Program-made: the position numbers and the translations under genes | Shown here: one piece after another, positions 21,991 to 27,399 of the stretch | How the letters are laid out: each line of letters opens with the position of its first letter | Numbering within the stretch: position 1 is the stretch's first letter | NCBI RefSeq assembly: GCF_006345805.1 | Contig: NW_021833357.1 | Span: 1-27,399 of the forward strand | Direction of reading: 5' to 3' | Length of the DNA stretch: 27,399 bases | DNA from: Octopus sinensis | Lineage: Eukaryota | Notes under the pieces: model-generated | Database searches by the model: none | Told to the model about the DNA's origin: nothing | Seen by the model: the letters and a program-made list of their open reading frames with translations, nothing else

Positions 21991-22220
21991 GTTTCTTTAT
22001 TGCCCACAAGGGGATAAACATAGAGGGGACAAACAAGGACAGACAAACGAATTAAGTCGATTACATCGACCCCAGTGCGTAACTGGTACTTAATTTATCG
22101 ACCCCGAAAGGGTGAAAGGCAAAGTCGACCTCGGCGGAATTTGAACCCAGAACGTAATGGCAGACGAAATACGGCTACGCATTTTGCCCGGCGTGCTAAC
22201 GTTTCTGCCAGCTCGTCGCC
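21991..22220 (-). mobile_element. Full-length SINE family B, tail 3
   Basis: Complete from head ggcgacgagctggcagaaacg to tail gtgggcaataaagaaac. Confidence 0.92.
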
Positions 22221-22450
22221 TATATATATATGTATAAGAGTTATAAAAATGAAGGATTATTCCTCTTTAAAAGTTATGTAATTCTTAATTTGTAAGAGTT
22301 AACAATATAGAAGAGTGTGTTCCTTGCGTTATTCTAAAACCTGTATAGGTTTACTCATGACCAAGAATTACAGAAAGATATTCTTGTATGAAACTAATTA
22401 TTTCATATGATATATGGGAAGTTAGGCACTGGTCATTATTGTATGTCCCT

Positions 22451-22666
22451 AAGACGGCGAGCTGGCAGAATTGTTAGCACGCTGGACAGTATACCTAGCG
22501 GTATTTCGCCCGTCTTTACGTTCTGTTCCAATTCCTCCGAGGTCAGCTTTACCTTTCATCCTTTCAGATCTATGAAACAAGTACCAGTTGAGCACTGGGG
22601 TCGATGCCATCGATTTACCCTTCCTCCTGGATTTCTGGCTTTGTTTCTATAGTAGATATGATTATT
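22451..22666 (+). mobile_element. Full-length SINE family B, tail 1
   Basis: gacggcgagctggcagaattg...ctatagtagatatgattatt. Confidence 0.88.
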
Positions 22667-22722
22667 GCATGCAGCTGATGGAGCATAATAGACATAAAGA
22701 GATCTGCATGAGAAAAATATAT

Positions 22723-22951
22723 GTTTCATTATTACCCACAAGGGGCTAAACATAGAGGGGACAAACAAGGAGAGACAGATTAAGTCGATTATATCGACCC
22801 CTGTGCGTAACTGGTACTTAATTTATCGACCCCGAAAGGATGAAAGGCAAATTGGACCTCGGCGGAATTTGAACTCACAACGTAACGGCAGACGAAATAC
22901 GGCTACGCATTTCACCTGGCGTGCTAACGGTTCTGCCAGCTCGCCGCCTTA
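22723..22951 (-). mobile_element. Full-length SINE family B, tail 3
   Basis: Near-identical to 21991-22220. Confidence 0.92.
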
Positions 22952-24640
22952 AGCTACCCCGTACTGTTCTCGCCGCCATAAGAAAAATATATAGATAGTC
23001 TATCTTATCGACCTTTGCACAATCTTAGTTAACTCATAGATTGTAATTTGTCCAGTACATTTATATAACAGTTTATCGCATCGAAGCCGATAAAAATCTT
23101 TACTATCGGTTTTGGTTATCAACAGATATCTAGAAAATATGGTCATTACAAAAATATTTTCGAAGAACATTGAATACTGAAATAGAAGAGAAATAAAAAA
23201 AAAAAACTATATAACATGAAATAAATCATTACTACTTTAAATAAATATTTTCAAAATCATTAATATATGATTAATCTATATTTTCTATATCTCCTTGTAC
23301 AAGATCATCCATTAAAGACTCATTCATTTGAGATTTCTTTTGTAAATTTGGTACCACTATTTCATCGATTTTGAATCTTTGCAAATAGATTCACATCATG
23401 TTTTCATTTTCCATCTCTGAAATCTTTTGATATCAAGAGAGGTTTAAGATGCTATGTGACTGTCTTCTCTTTATGAACCGATGTGAAATATAATTTATTA
23501 TAAAAAATCATGAAAGTATACTAGCATACGAAGAATATATTCTTTTCCTTTGTATTTTATTTCCTGATATCAATACGTTTTGTTTTGAAACTAAGTAAAT
23601 GAAGCTGGTTTTTTTTTGTTTTTTTTTTTTGTTACCATTGCATGAAGTACAAAACAGTTCTATTTTGTTTATCAGTCTTGCAAAGTATTCATTGTATGGA
23701 TGGCGCTAAGAAGTTCTAACAATGTTGCAACAATCCAATCAGTCATTTAGACCCCCAAAGATTATTTCCAAAAAGGATTAAGGTAAGTCCTATCTCGAAA
23801 GTGAAATATAGACTCTCAAAAATAATAATAAAACCTCGTACTTATTTTTATTTTTTTTATTTCGTTGTTTTTAATAGAAGCTTTATAATGTCTTAATTTA
23901 AATATTCCACCTTTCACCTTTCTTTTTCTACATCAACATGCTCGTAACATTCCAGCAAAGAGCTTATGTTTCCTTCTAGACGTTAACCAACATATTTCCT
24001 TAACTATAAAGTTTAAAAAAGAAAACAAAGCTGCTTTTTTTTTTAAACAATTTTTGTTTGTTTATGCAAGAATAATCAAATTAACATCACAGGAATTAGT
24101 AAGTCTACCGTATCTTTTCTAGTCGCCTGGTAATGTGTGTGTGTGTGTGTCTGTGTGTGTGTTTTTCCTCTCTCGAAATAAAGCATCTGTTTGAAGTTAA
24201 CACTGTGATTAGCTGGACAGCATTGGCGCCAATTATAAGACGCTATAATTATGATATCTCCTAGACGCGATTTACTTAAAACTAGACAGTGTCAATTCAG
24301 TGAGTGATGTTCTGTGCAGGGAAAACATTCAATTAGCAGCGTCTAAGCAACGTTAATATATTGTTTCTTCACTATCATCATCAAAATAGAATTTACTTTC
24401 AGGGTCCTGACAATTTAATCCCATCTGCACAATCCTTTCTTTATTGCGTAATCATCTCAGTATCCATTTTTACACTGATCGTTTAAACATAGGTTGTTGC
24501 TATGTAATTCCCCCCAAGGAGTCAATCTAAACACCATTTTCATGAATTGGGATTAAATCCTAAAGCGAGAGCCCATAGTTGTTAGGCAATAGAAAGAACA
24601 TTATTATTAAATTGATGGAGACAGGATGTAGTTTCTATGA

Positions 24641-24979
24641 ATGGAAGCACTCCATCGGTTCCGACGACGAGGGTTCCGGTTGATCCAAATCAACGGAACA
24701 GCCTGCTCGTGAAATTAACGTGTAAGTGGCTGAGCACTCCACAGACACGTGTACCCTTAACGTAGTTCTCGGGGATATTCACCGTGACACAGAGAGTGAC
24801 AAGGCCGGCCCTTTGAAATACAGGTACAACAGAAACAGGAAGTAAGAGTGAGAGAAAGTTGTGGTGAAAGAGTACAGCAGGGATCACCACCATCCCTGCC
24901 GGAGCCTCGTGGAGCGGGCTGTTCCGTTGATTCGGATCAACCAGAACCCTCGTCGTCGTAATCGACGGAGTGCTTCCAC
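24641..24979 (-). mobile_element. Headless SINE family C with an inverted second copy of its 3' tail
   Basis: 24641-24911 matches 21566-21828; 24914-24979 is the reverse complement of 24641-24706. Confidence 0.9.
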
Positions 24980-25214
24980 CACGATGGGCACATGTACGTA
25001 TGCATGCATAAAAGTATGGCAGAGTGGTTTATGCAGCATGCGTAGCCGCAATTATTTCCCCTACAATTTACTTTACCGAAACTAGGAAAAAGCTAGGACG
25101 ATCGTTAGGAAATTTGAACACAGATTTTAATGAGCAGAAATAAATTACACAAGAAATTTTTAACGACATTCTAACGATTCGGCCAGCTCGTCTTCATTCT
25201 ACTCCTATCTATAA

Positions 25215-25503
25215 TTATTATAAGTAGTAAAGCAATGAGTTGGCCGAATAGTTTGCGCGTCGGACAAAATGCTTAACAGTATTTCTTCCAGCTCTTTACG
25301 CTATGAGTACAAATTACGATAATGACAATAATAATAATTTTTATTATTATGGTGGCGAGCATACAGGAGCAAGCAAGTTTGGGTCTGCTTTGCCGTTTAA
25401 CCTTCGAGATCGATAAAATAAGTACCATTTGAACACTGAGATTCATGTAATCGACTTACCCCCCACCTCAAAATTGTTGGCCTTGTGCCCAAATTTGAAA
25501 CCA
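25215..25503 (+). mobile_element. Fragmented SINE family B (head 25215-25305, body and tail 25385-25503)
   Basis: gagttggccgaatagtttgcgcgtcggacaaaatgctt and gatcgataaaataagtacc...ggccttgtgcccaaatttgaaacc. Confidence 0.75.
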
Positions 25504-25531
25504 TTATTATTATTATTATTATTTTATTATT

Positions 25532-26117
25532 GAGTGAGCGAGCAGAGCATGCCATCAAAGTGACACTGGGGTAAAATATACGAAGCCCAGTATACCCATC
25601 ATGACTACCCGTCGATAAGGGTACACCAGGCACATGCATCCCACCATAATGTGCGCGACAGGTGATCTCATATCAAGATAACAGCACATGACCTTGAGGT
25701 GGAGCCCAGTTAGAATTTTCTTCAGATCGAGTAACCATCGCGCTCAAAAGGTCCCTGAATAAGGGTTGTTAAGGACGTTGAACGAAACACCCATGTTTCC
25801 AAAGGTGCATTATCCAAACCCCAAAGAATCCCTCTCACACATGGCTATGATGCTCCGCCACTACTTCTGCTCGTGATCAGAGATGCAACATATCGTCAGC
25901 CTCAATATCGACATGCTCAACTGGTTAAGGTCAAACAACTGACAAGCAAATCTGTGGTATTGAGCAGAATATTTGCTGTAGCCCATCTTTTATACCAAGA
26001 CAAAACAATGTACATGATAACACTTCCAATCAGTTAAGATCAGGGCAAAAAAGCCACTGCCTGGTATGAGCAGCCATGCATTGTACTGCATCAGGGCATT
26101 TACTGCATCAGGCCATT
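25532..26117. mobile_element. About 585-bp non-coding interspersed element embedded in (TAA)n
   Basis: A higher-GC block flanked on both sides by (ATT)n, with no ORF. I recall it as an octopus repeat but have not verified this. Confidence 0.45.
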
Positions 26118-26127
26118 TATTATTAGA

Positions 26128-26163
<36 letters not shown>

Positions 26164-26165
<2 letters not shown>

Positions 26166-26315
26166 GTTCTGAGTTCAATTCCGTCGTTGTCGACTTTGCT
26201 TTTCATCCTTTCAGGGTCGATTAAATAAGTACCAGTTCAACACTGGGGTCATGTAATCGTCTCATCCTCCCAGCCCCCCCCCCCCCCCCAAAAGATTGCC
26301 CTATGGCGCAAAAAA
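26164..26315 (+). mobile_element. Headless SINE family B
   Basis: ttctgagttcaattccg...gtcgattaaataagtaccagttcaacactggggtc. Confidence 0.8.
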
Positions 26316-26596
26316 TTATATTATTCATCATATTATTATTCATTATATTATATTATTATTATTATTATTATTATTATTATCATCATCATCACTCATCATC
26401 ATCATCATCCTCATCATCATTATTCTTATTTATATTATTATCATTATTATTATATATTATTATTATTATTATTATTATATTATTATTATTATTATCATCC
26501 ATCATCATCATCATTCATCATCATCATCATCCTTATTATTATTATTATTATTATTATTATCCATTATTATATTATTATTATTATTATTATTATTTT

Positions 26597-26628
<32 letters not shown>

Positions 26629-26880
26629 GTCTGAGTTCAAATTCCGCCGAGGTCGACTTTGCCTTCATGCTTCGTGGTCGATGAAATAAGTACCAGTTGG
26701 ACACTGGGGTCGATGTAATCGTCACTCCTCACCTCCCAAGCTGCCCTTCTGGCAAAAAATATTATTATAATTATTATTATTATTATTATTATATATTATT
26801 ATTATATATATTATTATCATTATTATTATTATTGTGTTGTTGGTGGTGTGTTGTGCTATTATTATTATTATTATTATTAA
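26316..26880. repeat. (ATT)n/(ATC)n microsatellite field interrupted by a SINE
   Basis: Directly visible. Confidence 0.95.
26627..26760 (+). mobile_element. Headless SINE family B
   Basis: tctgagttcaaattccgccgaggtcgactttgcc...cactggggtcgatgtaatcg. Confidence 0.85.
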
Positions 26881-27204
26881 GGGCAATAACAAAGGCTCAC
26901 AATGAAAACAACTATAAAAATAACACCAAAAACACAATTACTATTAAAGGGAAAGCAAACGCCTTATTTCTTCGTAAATTTCTTGGCAACATCCATCGAT
27001 CTCAAAGGATGGTGGCGTCAGAAGAGATAAAGTCTTCAAGGAAAAGTGGTGAGTGTGATGGATATATTTTTCTCCTGTTTTCTTGGTGTGATTTCATCGG
27101 AACAAACGTTTTCTATCGACTCGTCTGGAGGAGGGAAAAACCACTCATTAAATGGAGACAATGAAAATCAATACAAGTGAAATAATGTGTTGGTTTGAGA
27201 GTAA

Positions 27205-27309
27205 AAGAAATGTGTTTGTGTGTGTGAGTATGTGTGCGTGTGTGAGTGCGTATGTGTGTGTGGAGGTGTATGTATAAATATGTTTGTTTTATACATGTCT
27301 ACGTGTATA

Positions 27310-27345
<36 letters not shown>

Positions 27346-27399
27346 CACATATATGTAATTTAAACAAATACACACGCATACATACTTTTATATATGTGT
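27205..27399. repeat. TG/TA microsatellite field
   Basis: Directly visible. Confidence 0.9.

Noticed and set aside
23751-23782. Possible 32-nt micro-exon (PQRLFPKRIK) ending at a strong ag|gtaagt donor
   Set aside because: The acceptor is weak and longer versions have stops in all frames; not supportable without transcripts.
27008-27048. Possible 41-nt exon ending at tg|gtgagt
   Set aside because: Poor polypyrimidine tract and no recognisable peptide; a chance match is likely.
26697-27164. Longest ORF in the track (155 aa)
   Set aside because: It begins inside a SINE, crosses an (ATT)n tract and has no recognisable domain.
6690-27350. Dozens of ORFs rich in YI/IY, HT, CV, SL, poly-Y, poly-I, poly-H or poly-M
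   Set aside because: They are translations of TA, CA, GATA, ATT and ATC microsatellites, which lack stop codons in some frames.

Overview
AT-rich, repeat-saturated animal genomic DNA, most likely intronic or intergenic. The SINE types and microsatellite load resemble octopus or other coleoid cephalopod DNA; this is recalled, not verified by search. No host protein-coding gene can be recognised, and most listed ORFs are microsatellite artefacts. The window holds more than 25 copies or fragments of three tRNA-derived SINE families and several dead transposon remnants: a Penelope-like RT/GIY-YIG element (10641-12240, -), an L1/Tx1-like ORF1 with a CCHC knuckle (1240-2400, -), an L1/Tx1-like ORF2 3' end (15941-16530, -), a CR1/Jockey-like RT and a mariner N-terminus. 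The most interesting region is 9.6-10.35 kb, next to the Penelope-like remnant. It carries two different minimal type-I hammerhead-ribozyme-like motifs in head-to-head inverted modules. One module implies a circularly permuted monomer of about 360 nt; in the other, the inverted arm starts at the predicted cleavage site. Also notable: a 42-nt 3' tail shared by a SINE subfamily and the Tx1-like LINE, and two low-confidence candidate exons.
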